Source: Balanoglossus misakiensis
Taxonomy: Eukaryota > Animalia > Hemichordata
DNA length: 64,000 nt
Direction: 5' to 3'
NCBI GenBank assembly: GCA_040954595.2
Contig: CM082578.2
Coordinates: forward strand, 16,724,998-16,788,997
Shown here: positions 40,801 to 53,152 of the stretch, one piece after another
Layout: each line of letters starts with the position of its first letter
How positions within the stretch are numbered: position 1 is the stretch's first letter
The notes under the pieces: generated by a model
Databases searched by the model: none
The model's input: only the letters and a program-made list of their open reading frames with translations
What the model was told of the DNA's origin: nothing
Position numbers and translations under genes: made by a program

Positions 40801-42898
40801 AACAAAATGAATAAATGTATACATAAAAGATATGATATGGATCAGTGGATGTATAACTGACGCTATTACCTCGACTGATGAGGGTTTTGGCACTTGCAAT
40901 CCCAAACTTGGCGTCTCCACATGATCTGGTAAATCTGGAAGATCCAACTTGACGTCCAGGGTAGATACTGTGGAATGTGTCAGTCCGCTGAATAAACTGC
41001 TGCGACCGGAATCGTTGCTGGAACTTCTTGTCAAATTCTGTTTTTCAAACATAAATTATTGAAGTAAGTTCTGATAAAGTATGAGGATATGATGGCAGTG
41101 CATGCCTGTCATGTCTGTTGTATTGGAATGAGTAAAACAAAAATTAATTGCAGAAGTTACAAACAGATCTTGCACTTGTGCACATTCCACAAATACAGAA
41201 ATGAGTTCAGTGAAGGACTGGTGTATAGTTTATATAATATACTTACTGCTACATTGAAAATTCCATTACCAAGGAGATCTTGACCAGGTATAACGTCAAA
41301 TATCTGAAAAATTATTCAAGAAAAGTTGGCATAGTCAATTCAAATTTATTTGATTATAAATTCTGCGTGTTACAAAACACAAATAATGACTGTCCATTCA
41401 GGTTACTGCATCTCCTGTTGGGATGTGAGTCTCCCCAAAATGGGCTGCTTCCTCAGACTTTAACCTCAGAAGAGAAATCATTTTTGGGTAACTCACTTCC
41501 TTGAGTAGAGAGTTGTACGATAATGACCAGTCAACATACAGTATTGCAAATCAGACTGGTTTTGCCTCCACACTGTCACTCACCTTGCTAGATTCAGAGA
41601 TGTTGGCCGATGACCTAGGCAATTCACTGGAAGCACCACTGAATAAATCCCTGCCAGAGACCAAAATTATTTAATTAAAATTAGTTTTCAGTTGTAGCTC
41701 ACAGACAGACCATACATGTCTTGGCAGAAGTCCAATAAAGCCACTGGCTACACTGACATGTATTCATTACAAATGTAGCCATGAAAAAAATGCATGGCAA
41801 CTCTGGTAGGGTGGTATGCCATATTTAATTAAAAATATATTTTGTAGATGAATGCAAAATCATTCCAATATGAGAACGTCTGTCTTGTTCAAAGCTTGGT
41901 CCTTTCCATCACTAACATGCAGTAGATGACATACATGTATGTGTGATTCAACTTACTTGGGTATCACTTACCTTGGATAGTAAATGTATTCTGAATTATC
42001 TGGTTTGAACACTGCCCTACATTCACCAAAATACAACGGACCTGTGGGGACCACTTCAAATGTGTCCTTGGAGAAGAAAAGAAAATACAACAAGGCATGA
42101 GAGATACACCATATTTACATATGTACTGTGTACTCTCATATAATCATCAGTTTTAGTGGTTTTGTGGCAGAATCATTAAAACTACTGATGGAATTCCAAG
42201 GAAGCCACATAGTGGTAGAGTTGACGGACACTTACTTTGAGAGTTTTAGTTCTGATTGGCAGTATCATAGGATTATGTCCAACAGGATGAGTTGGTTTCT
42301 TGGCGTCCAGATTTGACAGGCACAGCAGGAACTCCAGTACAGGATCAAGATCTGTGGCTTCATTGTCTGAAAGATACAAAATGCAAATGATCAATCTGCA
42401 TCTACCCGCCATCAGGATGGAGTGAAAAATTGAATGAAACTTGGCTGAGGCTTGTGCTGCAAAGTTAGGAATTCTGTGCAGCAACACCTCAGGATACGGT
42501 GACGAAAAGTAGAAGGAACAGCAATGTGGCTGTGTAAATTTCGTAAAACTAAGAAATTGACTATTGTGAATCAACTTACCTTGGTCATTCTTCGGTAGAC
42601 TGTCAACTAAATCTTCCAGCTTATCTGCATCGTCAAACTGTCTCCTTCCTCTCAGTTCATACGCAACCACATAAAATCTCTCTCTTACGTCAAGGATGCT
42701 TCCATCATCATGAGTCTTGGATGCAGCAGTAGAATGCGGTCCCCTTTGTTGTCTGAACAGTGTGTTGTGTAGTGTTCTTTTGAGTCGAGATAAGACATCT
42801 TGCTTGTCTAATTTCCGCTGTACGATGCGTGGCTTGCAGATGTCTTCATTAATATGTTTCTCACACAATTTATTAAATAAATCTGTTATGCCATCCAT
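28834..42898 (-). CDS. TUBGCP6: Gamma-tubulin complex component 6, ~26 coding exons
   Basis: N-terminus MDGITDLFNKLCE. GRIP1 motifs (KDVLNVMIGV, GIKLLSYIYQEAL, YWTNGFVL, GKSINLLKLC), a charged coiled coil, and a 2.1-kb exon (35282-37419) with HGHxSD repeats. GRIP2 motifs: VDWPVNIII, HEMQHFV, HAEYLNKAVFR. C-terminus VLTKLVTRGYQPHLDDFILRLNFNGYY. Approximate exons: 42580-42898, 42236-42366, 41972-42066, 41584-41649, 41247-41303, 40869-41037, 40577-40736, 40256-40463, 39815-40096, 39514-39698, 39312-39403, 38886-39025, 38553-38702, 38273-38354, 37624-37828, 35282-37419, 34635-34804, 34349-34490, 34105-34262, 33701-33738, 33408-33540, 32731-32785, 32225-32324, 32008-32069, 30909-31108, 28834-28958. 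GT-AG boundaries seen. Candidate AATAAA on - strand at 28028-28033. Confidence 0.95.
30040..30098 (+). repeat. Six tandem AGGTCA-like hexamers (21-bp period) in the last TUBGCP6 intron
   Basis: AGGTTA 30040, AGGTCA 30051, AGGTCA 30061, AAGTCA 30072, AGGTCA 30082, AGGTCG 30093. Confidence 0.75.
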
Positions 42899-43900
42899 TG
42901 TCACATCTGCTCTCTGTTTCTGTCTGTGGAGGACAAAGGCTCCATGTAAGTGAAATCTCCAGTCAATTTTTTTTCAAACTTGACAGAAAACTGATAGTGC
43001 AAGAGCAGTCAACTTCATGATTCTGTTAATTTACATAATATTGTGACCAATCATGTCATTAGAATCTTGTACCAGTAGTAATAGTATTTTCAACTTTTGC
43101 CAATATCTTAACTACTTTTGTATGTGTGTGTCTGTGTCCAATATTTTCTTGTTCTACTCCATACAACATGACATGCCCAGTCTTTTGCTTGTCATCAGTG
43201 TATATACATATAATAATTATGTGTTACCAGTAAAATGCTGATGTCAATAACATTATGATTACATTTTACACATATGAATGGTTTGAAGACATGCTTGACA
43301 GCTTCTGCTTCAGCAAGAACTATGACAGAAACTGTAGTGGCCCCTTAAGGTTGCTGGTAGACCAAAATAGTGTGATATTTGCATATTCATTCATTGAAAA
43401 TTTGCATATACAACGTAAAGACAAAACCGTAGTGAAAGTTGTATTTCGCCGGTATATAGTTTGTGGCAAATATACAGTACCAAAGCGTTTTTTCTCATTA
43501 CGTGGCGAGGTAAATCTGTGGCGTGGACTCAGACCACCGGACAGAATCCAGACCAGGTAGTGTACTGGTGTTCTGGAATTTGTGTACATGATATTGACAC
43601 ATATCGGTCATTTGTTGGTTCACCTGGACAGAATCGCGGATTCTTTTTGGGTGTATGGGTTGTTGCACAGGCGCGCAAGACGTAGTTCCACGACATCCAC
43701 ACTTTTATATACGAAATCGTAAAAATTGGGGGTTGTGTCAGTGGTGATATCGCGCTTGTGTTTACGATGATCATAGCCTGAAAAACATGCACTTGCACGT
43801 CCACCTCGATCATGACGTGTGTACGGCCAAATTCTTTGACACAATCGCAATTATATAATTCCATGTAGCACCACATACTGAATAATTTCAGTGGTCTTAC

Positions 43901-44174
43901 CTGTCGACTGCATTCGGTAAACAGTGCAGCTGTGCGAACACTTAAAATTTCTACTGTGTATATTTATTTCCAAGTCTTATTCTTGATTTCAGCGGCACTT
44001 CCCACAATGCAACAGCAAGAAAACGACAGCAACCGACATTACGAGCTGCGGCGACGCTGTTTATAGAAAATGGCCGCTTGATAGATGTGAGCGATAGCCG
44101 ACCGGCGACACTTTCGGAAGGCGAAAGTGGAGGTAGACAACTTTTGTAGATAATTTTGAAGGAGTACTAACATA
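43901..44174. promoter_or_regulatory. Bidirectional promoter region of TUBGCP6 / NCKIPSD, including the TUBGCP6 non-coding first exon
   Basis: CpG-rich. Minus-strand donor CAG|gtaaga at 43901/43900, ZNF143/Staf-like TTCCCACAATGCA 43999-44011, YY1-like AAAATGGCCGC 44067-44077, ETS-like CGGAAG ~44115, NCKIPSD ATG at 44175. Confidence 0.7.
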
Positions 44175-47100
44175 ATGTATCGAGCAGTGTACGCTTTTCA
44201 AAGCGAGGACCCAAAGACTTTAAATTTTAAACCTGGCGATAAGTTCACTTTGCTTGACCGCACGGATGTTCATTGGTGGCAGATGATGAACTCAGGTGGG
44301 AAAGTTGGTTATGTACCGGCCAGCTACATCGAGAAAGACCAGGTAATGTTTCTTGGGCAAATAGACTTACTAGACGTTTAATTTAAATGCATTTGTGTCG
44401 AGCTTTACCATTTCTCTGTAACCCCAACCGAAGGTAAAACTCTTGGTCTGACCTATGGTGTCACTGTCAACGGTGCCCTCCCTCTTTTGTGTTTGTTTTG
44501 CGACCCGTGACTCCCTAGGTCCTATTCAGAAAATTCGCTGTACATGTACCATTGCTTTAATACTGTTCTGTACTTCTAAAAGTACCAGGTAGAAAACTTT
44601 TTGTGATTATACAGGTAATATCAGACATTTTAGTCTTATTTTCGTTTCAAAAGTATTACCATCTCTTAATTATTAAAAAAACACCTGATAAGAATTTAAA
44701 TATAGAAATTAGAAAATAGGGAAAAGGGATTTGGAAAATCTCTAGAGAAACACAGGTCTGCAGTTGATTGATAGTGTAATTCTACACTATAACAGTATGA
44801 CAAATACGTTTTTGATTGCAAGTCAATGTACCGGTATTAGTTATAGCACTCAGTGTTGGTGTTCTTAATGAACCTTTTGTTTCATCAATAACCAGGTATC
44901 TGACGATGATGTATTGAAGTCTATAGACCGTGCCATGGAATCAATCCACTTGGCAGCAACTCATAGAAGTGGATCATACACTACAGAGCAAAGAGATTGT
45001 CTCAAGTAAGGATCACTCAACATGTTTGCAATTTATACATACAACATGTTTCAGTATTATAACAAAACTTTTTCCTTTTTTCCCACTAAAAGCAAACTAG
45101 TCATACACAGGAAAGAAGTGTTAGAAAAGCATGCTGCAGCAATACCAAGCCAACCAAGAAGAAAAGCCCCTGAACCACCAAGTCCTGTCAGTTCAGAATC
45201 TAAACAACCAGTATACCCACAACAACAACAACAGGAGCAACAGGAGCAACAGCAGCTACAATTACAAGCAAAGAGGTCATCTGTAAAGGGACATAAGGCA
45301 CCCCTTCCTCCCATGCGTGCAGAATCAATGCAGGACAAAGAACAGACAAGCCCACCCGTGACCAAAGATATTATGAGATCGCCTGAGAGATTAGCCAGTT
45401 CGAGCAAAACCTACAAAGCCCCATCTCCACCAGAGATGGTCACCAAGAGTACCTCAACATCACTGCCACCGACCCCAACTCGGAGTAGATCCGCAACCAG
45501 CATTCATGTTCCTGTGCCAGAGAACATTGGCAGTGAACTCATTGAAATAGTGCGGGTTAACACGGACTTGAGTTTCGAAAAATCCAGGATCGCTGTCGGA
45601 ACTGCACTGAGTCATATTGGGCAGACCATACCAGCCGTTGCAAATGTGATTGAGGATATTTTGAAAACATTACAAAGTGATCATGTGAGTAACTCACATC
45701 TTCCCTTCTGAATTTTAAATAGTTCCAAAGTTTCAGTTGTCAATTTTGGCCTTATCTACAAACATGACTTCAATAAGTGAGTGACTGTACATTTAACACA
45801 TGGCAAATATGGAAAAGTATCATCTGAATTTTAAAGCAAATGGTTACTCCTTGTATTTGTCAAATTGTATAAGTTTTAAACTACCAGTATGTGTTATATT
45901 TACAGAGTGATTATAAAGATCTGCAGGGCACTCATGATGCTGAAAGATTGGAAGTTATATTTTCTGAGCTGACAAGTTGCAAGGATGATTCGCAGCAACG
46001 GAGTTGGGCTTTACATGAAGATGAGGCAATTATACTGGAATACGTAGCTGAACTAACATCAATTCTCGTGAGTATGGTCATTTACATATTTGGAGTAGGC
46101 TCTTTTGATTGTAGAGTGAGTGTTTTTGGTTCATATACGTGTGTGTACATCATCGTGACTGGATCTCCTGTAAGGAAAAAAACATATATCATTCCCTCTT
46201 TATGATTTTAGTATTCTTTTTTTCTACAGAACGATGCAAATCCTGAGATTTGTAAAGAAGTTGTGTCCAGGGATCACTTTGCATGCCTTCATTCACTGGT
46301 TGTCTACTATCAAATGGTAAGTCATGCTTTCAAAGTTTGCACTAATGAGCCTAATTCCTAACATGTCGCAGCAGAAATTGTAAACGTTATGCTGTTACTT
46401 ACCATACATATTGTTCGCACTTGCCTTCCAGGAGAGTCGCCTGACGATCAGACTGGCCCTGTTGAAAGCCTTTGGTGCCCTTTGTGCGTTAGATGCATCT
46501 ATCATCTCAGATTTGCTCTGCTCAGTTCTACCCATGGAACTGGCAAGGGACATGCAATCCAACACCCACGAATTACAAAGGCTAATGTTCTCAACATTGG
46601 TGTGTACCATGCTCCTGACTACAGGTGAACCTCTGCCATACACTCATTATGGTAAGTTAGATCCTGGTTTACACAAGTTCCCGTGCTCACAACCACAAGT
46701 CCACAACTCAGGGGAAATTTCTTTCAATGGGACATTTCATATTACTGGGAAAAGCCATGGTCACAAGTTGCTGTAATGTTCTCTGTCCCAATATTGGCAT
46801 CAGAAGCTAACTGCATACTTCCAGGGTAATGTTAGCCCACTTTAACCCTTCAGTGGTATTCACCAGTGAAATCACAAGGACTGTTGATGTGATTTATTCA
46901 TTTTACAGATCATTTGAACGAAAGCTTCATAGGATTTTTGCTGGATAAAATAGAGGATCCACCAATGGAAGATGAAGAAGAACAGATTCCGGATCTCTTT
47001 GTGAAATTGATATTAGCCTATAACCTGCACTTTCAAAGTAAGAATCCATTTCAGGGATGGGATTGAGATGGAAAGATCTCATGATTATGTTTGCATGACT

Positions 47101-48149
47101 GAACCCTTTTTGGTGTGTATATTGGAAAATGCCATCTGGCATGTCTGACACTTCATATGATTCCGTACATTCTGTGGTCTAGTCATCTCCAAGGTCTTAG
47201 TCCTGCTATTTTGGGGGGTTTGCCTGCTACCTGGATTCTGTGTACATGACAAACTCCCATCATCTACAGAGTCCATCAGTAACCCTCAATATCAGACTGA
47301 TCAGTGATGTGAAACTTTTGATTGATTTCAGTGCCCAGTGATAACTTGGTGATGAGAGTGCTTTCACATCGGAAGACAGTGAAACTCTTCAGTGAGAAGA
47401 TTATGTTACTAGTCAACAGAGGAGGTATGTCACAAATTAAAGCTAACTTTGTTCAGGAATTTATGATGGAAAAGACACAGACTTTTATGGACAGACAGCA
47501 ACAAGATTGAAAGTGGTGCAGGAATACACATATGCTCAGAACCATGAATGAAGTCATGCGAATTCTCATGTTGAAATTCGGTATCATCTCACATGTGACC
47601 TGCTTACCGTGATGACAATTCTTATTGCAGAGGATCCAATCAAAATGTTTGATCACAAAGTCAAGACACCAGATTCCCTGCTGAAGTTCCTTGGTGATAT
47701 CTTCTCAAGCAGAGATACATCCGATATATTCTACAGCAATGACTTGTTGGTTCTGATTGACATCATATTGAGACAACTGTCAGATCTTTCACCAGGTGAC
47801 GAGGTAAGGCATCCCAACAATTGCGCCCTCTTTTGTCAAATGGTAATATCCGTAACAGACAACAAATAACTGCCATTGGCCAAGGTTTCTTATATATAAA
47901 CATTGTTCATGCTTATTTCAAAAGTAATTGATTTTTTTTTTCCAATGGTAGATTCGCACGGAATGCCTATCACTTATACACAGTTTAATTGGAACGACAA
48001 ATTACGGTGAACACAGACATCGATGTTCGGAACTTCAGCGATGTTTTGTTGGCATTTCCCATGAGGAGAACAGAGAAAGTGAACAAGACAGGATAATAGT
48101 TCAGCAAATCTGGAAAGATTACCCTCAGTATTTTAGTAAAGTTCCGTGA
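44175..48149 (+). CDS. NCKIPSD: NCK-interacting protein with SH3 domain (SPIN90/WISH/DIP), 10 coding exons
   Basis: N-terminal SH3 (MYRAVYAF...HWW...GYVPASYI), a Pro/Gln-rich linker, then the SPIN90 armadillo-like region ([68 protein letters not shown]). Exons 44175-44342, 44896-45005, 45093-45684, 45906-46067, 46230-46316, 46432-46651, 46909-47037, 47332-47424, 47631-47803, 47952-48149; phases are consistent. Confidence 0.95.
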
Positions 48150-49432
48150 TGGCTTGCATACATGTACAGTTTCCTAATGTGGCGAACAAACAACTCATTG
48201 TAAGCTCCACATTGCTTCATTATGGTCAGTTTTATACTTCAGATGAATTTCCACAAGACATACAAAATGTTTTACTGTGGGATATTCCGTGTTGTAGTCA
48301 AGTGCTATATGTTCAGCTGTCAGTTGTTCAGTTATACTAGTATTTATTGAAATAGAGATGCAAGTGATATTAATAATAGCCACACAATACATGCCGAAAT
48401 GAAGTCACTGTCTGGGTGTTGAAATTTACAGTTAATTTGACAATGGATATTAATAATATACTGTATTTATTTTAGTTGCAAAGTGTTATGAATGCAACAA
48501 GCTGTGGCAGGATGTTTTGAGTTTTGCTTTGGGAATGAGAAATATGTCCACATGCTGTGTTATAATGAGATGTATTATATTAAACATGTTATTAAATATA
48601 CTAATTTTTTTCTGAGAATTATGAAATTGTGTCACAGGTTTTTTCCATCAGGAACATGGCTCTCCCTTGTAGCAATGAAACATCTGTAGTTTCAGCAGTG
48701 AACTCGACCCCCACCTGCTGAGAGACTGACCCGACAAGCAAGTTCTGCTTTTGACTGGTCTTATTAAAATTTCACTGACATGCACTGCATACCAGCATCT
48801 TCCAGGCAGTTCTTGGTGAACTTCACAGTGAAGGACATCCCAGTTTGTCATTAAAACACAGCATTTACAGCAGTAGACTTGCTTATCATCATTCAGTTTT
48901 CCTTTGCCTATGGTTAACCTCATGTGATTTTATCCCAAATGCAAGCAATAACCTGAAAATTAATACCCATCCACAAAACTCGTCCCGTATCCAGCAGTGC
49001 TCATCATCATGGCAGCACTATGTTGGAAATGCACCCGACGCCTCCACTGAAACCCAATATGCAACCAACAACTGTAAGACCAAACGTAACTCGAGAGCTG
49101 TTGGGTCAAATAAGAAATTTTTATTCCTGCCAATCAAAACACTGGCATGATTTTGCAGAGATTACATTTCAAATTTTCTTCATTTGGAAAGTACAAGTGT
49201 GAAAAATATCTGAACAGGACTGATATATATGAAATCTCATAAATTTGGTTCAGGGCATGACAGATACATGCCAAATCTCATGTAAGTACTCTGTACTAGT
49301 CATTTATTTTTACATTTTTGAGACTAAATTTAATTTAATTCATACTTCAGTTTTTTGCTTCTGTAAATAGGTGATTGATTGCTTTATGTATAAAATGTTT
49401 TATTCATAAAAAGTTTTATTGAAAAATGTATT

Positions 49433-50361
49433 TCATGAAATTTTCAGCCCTTTTTTCTTCAAGTCTTCTCTTGCCATCTCAATTTCCTGTAAAAGTGACA
49501 GAAAAGGAAATGTTATTTAAGAAGAAAAATTCCTTTGAAGCGTCCAACATTTAACACAAAACCAGTTGTCCACTTTCTTGACATAAACACAAGCTAATAT
49601 ATTTAGATAGTCAATTGCTGTCGTATATTGTCAAAACAGTCAAAACATTGTGCACAAATTGCAAATAATGTTCTGACGAACTCCAGGCCTCTTTACTTGC
49701 CTTTTTAAGTTCTGCTGAAGCCTCCACGCAATCGTTGAATGTTGCTGTTCTGTAACCAATAACTGCTAACGAATAACACTGAAAAAAAGAACCACAAAAA
49801 GAAACTCAAGGTATCCATTCCTTTATTTTAAGGATGCAAATGTTTATTTAATATCAAAATAATCCAGCAGTTGACTTATAGTAGTACAAGTCATCAGAGT
49901 TCCTTTTAGAGATTTAAAATGCATGTCTGCAATCACTGCTTTGTTTACGATATGCACCGAAATCTGACACAAGACATGAAAAGTAACTATCTTACCCCAA
50001 GTAATATGACCATATAAGCTGGGAGCTGTAGAGAGAACACCAGTAAAATTGTTAGTTTTGCCAACATGTAACATAATTGTGATTTGCCAAACATCTCCAT
50101 GTTGGTTATCAAGAACAGATGACTTTCCAAGTATGCATCAGCAGCAATGGTCAGCCACACCAATCAGTTGTTGCTTTTTATAAGAGGAAAATGTTACATT
50201 GTTTCATTGATTGGTATGGAAAACAAAACAAACCTTACCGGCCACACTACTTGTTTAACACTGTTACTGAGATTGACTGGTGCCAGTTCAAACACTATTG
50301 ACACCCACACACTGAAAAACAAACTAAGGATGACAAGCCACTGTACCAGTTTAGTAACCAT
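49433..50361 (-). CDS. DPM3: Dolichol-phosphate mannosyltransferase subunit 3, 4 coding exons (94 aa); not in the ORF track
   Basis: Exons 50239-50361, 49996-50025, 49701-49778, 49433-49486 splice to MVTKLVQWLVILSLFFSVWVSIVFELAPVNLSNSVKQVVWP-LPAYMVILLG-CYSLAVIGYRTATFNDCVEASAELKK-EIEMAREDLKKKGLKIS*. This matches the DPM3 pattern (TKLxQWL, WPLPAY, GYRxATFxDC, C-terminal coiled coil). AATAAA on - strand at 49415-49420 and 49399-49404. Confidence 0.93.
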
Positions 50362-50371
50362 GATTGTCCCT

Positions 50372-51175
50372 GTTGAAAGAAGAAAGAGTGGATGCCAGAA
50401 GTGTTATAAATGATTTAGTATGCGAGAAGGATTTCCCTCAAGTACTGTTTGTGCTTTTGGTATGTGCTGCGGAGTCCCTGTATACCTACCCAATAAAGGT
50501 TTCTTTTGGAGTACAGGTGTATATAAAGCTGCGCTACTTCCAGGCCTAACGAACGCGAGAAAACCTGAAAACGTGTAATCAGCTGTTACTCTTGTAAACC
50601 TTTGACCTTGGGAGGTCAGGCTACCGTAAAAGTGACAATATCGTAAAATTCCCCTGTACTTATCACTGAATCAAGAAGATGGCATTGCAATAGCATCAAC
50701 AGTATCACTAAGGTTCCCATATAAATTTTATCCTGATTTGATAACTCCAGCGAAATTTTTGCCTCATGCGTTAAAACCGTGATCGTCTGGTGCCGTAAAT
50801 GGGTAATCGTGTATGGAATCGACGTGTTTATAAAACACTCTTTCATTGGTCTATATTTTATTGTGTGTTAACTTTTGACCAACGGGAGAGCACAACAGGT
50901 AAATTCTTTGGTCGAGCGCCACCCCATGATGTAGACAACATGACCACGTATGAAGGCGTGTACTCCACTAATCAGTGACATGATTGTGAGTATGAACTAC
51001 TGAATAGTATATACAGACTGGTGGTAGTGGTAAGCGACCTCCGCAACCTAACCCAGGAGCACCTGTACGCTAAGAGTAAGAGGATTACTAACGGCTGCGC
51101 ACCGCTCCTATTCAACATTATTTATTGAAATTTCTATATATGGTAAATAAATTGCCAACCTGAGAGATATAAGTA
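50372..51175. promoter_or_regulatory. Probable bidirectional promoter region DPM3 / SLC35C1 (includes the DPM3 5'UTR intron/exon)
   Basis: Divergent start codons ~0.8 kb apart, a locally CpG-richer stretch, a CCAAT-like ATTGG at ~50845, and an acceptor just upstream of the DPM3 ATG at 50370-50371. Confidence 0.55.
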
Positions 51176-52929
51176 ATGCGCTCAAACACAAACTGGCGCC
51201 AGCCCTCTCGTGCCTTCAGCAAGTACAGTAACAAAATGGAAACCGGAAAGTACAGCTCGCTTGTCGGACAGTACGTAAAAATTACGGCAGTCGTTGCAAC
51301 GTACTGGTAAGTGTCACTAATTGTGCTCGTTGTTGAATGGTTGATAAATTGATTTGTCTTAAGTGAAACTGATGGCACTCACAGGAAATGTCTCACAGTG
51401 AAATGTGACTATCCACCAAAATTAATTCCTTATGCATGTTGATACTTATGATAGGTTCATGTGAATTAACCTGTTGTTGATTTTTCTTCTGGTTTGCTTC
51501 GAACTTTGACAATTTTAAATTAATTAAACTTCGTTATGCGTGGGTCAACCCACCTCAAAATTTCGCACATATTTTCACAGCAGAAATAAAAATAACGTCA
51601 ATTAAATTTTTGCAAAATATGATTGTTTAAAAAGCTACAATGTGTTAAGTGTTAACACTAGCCTAGCCCAGGGCAGACTGATTATTTCCTTTGGTCATAT
51701 ATGAAGTTTGTATATTTTGTTTTTCTAATTTTTGGTTAATATTTTATCCCATACAAGTGAAAGGTAAATTTAGAAACACAGATAAATGAAAACATTTGGT
51801 ATATGGAAATACAGCACAACATAAATAAAGTGCCTTAAAAAGTACACACTTTACCTTGTAGTTTGGGGGAAAGACATTTCCTTATCCTTGACCTTAGAAG
51901 ATCATTCATAGAATCTTTTGTGTATGCTGCAGGTCAATGGTTGGTATTTGTTCTCATGTGACCTTACCCATCATGCCACAGAATTTTGTCTTTTTTCTCT
52001 ATTCTTATTAATCAGATTTTTCTAATGTTAAGGTGTTTAATAATTTATCTGAATTTTTTTTTCATTTTAGGACTATATCAATATCAATGGTTTTCATCAA
52101 TAAATATCTACTTAGCAGTCCAGACTTAAAGGTATATTTCTACAAGTTTAGAAATTTAGTTTTGAGCTCATTGGTCATGCATAGTCTTCTGCAAGGGAAA
52201 TGCTGAAAGGGGTTATACAGCCACGTGGAGAGGTGAATTTGCTTAATCACAGGGCACATGTCTCTGGGTGGTCAACTTGGATATGAAACTCGTGCTGGGG
52301 GAAAATAGATGCTTTCGTGGTTTCTCATAGTCATACTCGCATAAGCCACTCACCATCTTGTAACATTGCACTCTGCAGTTTTGAAACAAGAGATAAAAAC
52401 ACCAGGAAAAATGACACAACTGGCATTCCAGAATATCAACTTCTACTGATTGGATGGAAGATATTCACCATTCTACCCCATCTTGACAGCGACTTTGCTA
52501 TCCTCCATGCTATAGAAGATCAGCTCAGTGACTGATTACATAAGGGCATACCAGTTCTATCGTTTCAGTCTGTTGAGCAGTTTTCATCTCTTGTTTCAAA
52601 CTTGAGCATCTGTGGCATTAAACCCTTTCACCACCAGTTCCCTCTTTACCATAGAAAACAATGAATTTGGGCCAAACCATGGTGGTGAAAGGATTAAACT
52701 TCCCTTCACTTTAGTATATTATTATCTTCATGTGAGTATAATCTAAGCGCTCAAACTTGTAACCGTGGTATATGTTTTCCTTCCACAGCTAGATGCACCT
52801 TTGTTCGTCACAATGTTCCAGTGTTCCGTCACAGTTGTGCTTTGCATGGTCTTTGGAATTGTAGGCGGTTTTGTTCCAGCATTTTCTAATTTTCCAAGAG
52901 TAAAGTTTGATCCCAAGATTTCAAGAGAG
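51176..52929 (+). CDS. SLC35C1: GDP-fucose transporter 1, first three coding exons only (gene presumably continues beyond the window)
   Basis: Exons 51176(or 51236)-51306, 52071-52131, 52789-52929 give ...[51 protein letters not shown]...FPRVKFDPKISRE. This matches SLC35C1 TM1-TM2 (YW.SISMVF.NKYLL...LD.P.FVT.YQC). Canonical GT-AG sites, phases consistent. Confidence 0.9.
52618..52697. mobile_element. Short TTAA-flanked inverted-repeat element (piggyBac-like MITE)
   Basis: ttaa-accctttcaccacca ... tggtggtgaaagga-ttaa, ~13-bp TIR. A possible degenerate relative lies at ~54485-54545. Confidence 0.5.
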
Positions 52930-53076
52930 GTAGGTATTAAGCATGTGTTGGTGTGTGTCTGCGCAGGTGCAGACAAGCATGTTTGTGTGTGACTCCCAGT
53001 GAGGATACATGTAGAAACCTGGACCAAAACCATTCATATTTTTGTTTGTTTGTTTGTTGTCTATCTCTTGGTGAGT

Positions 53077-53152
53077 GAATGAATGAATGAATGAATGAAT
53101 GAATGAATGAATGAATGAATGAATGAATGAATGAATGAATGAATGAATGAAT
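53077..53152. repeat. (GAAT)n microsatellite, preceded by (TTTG)n
   Basis: Directly visible, about 19 units. Confidence 0.95.
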
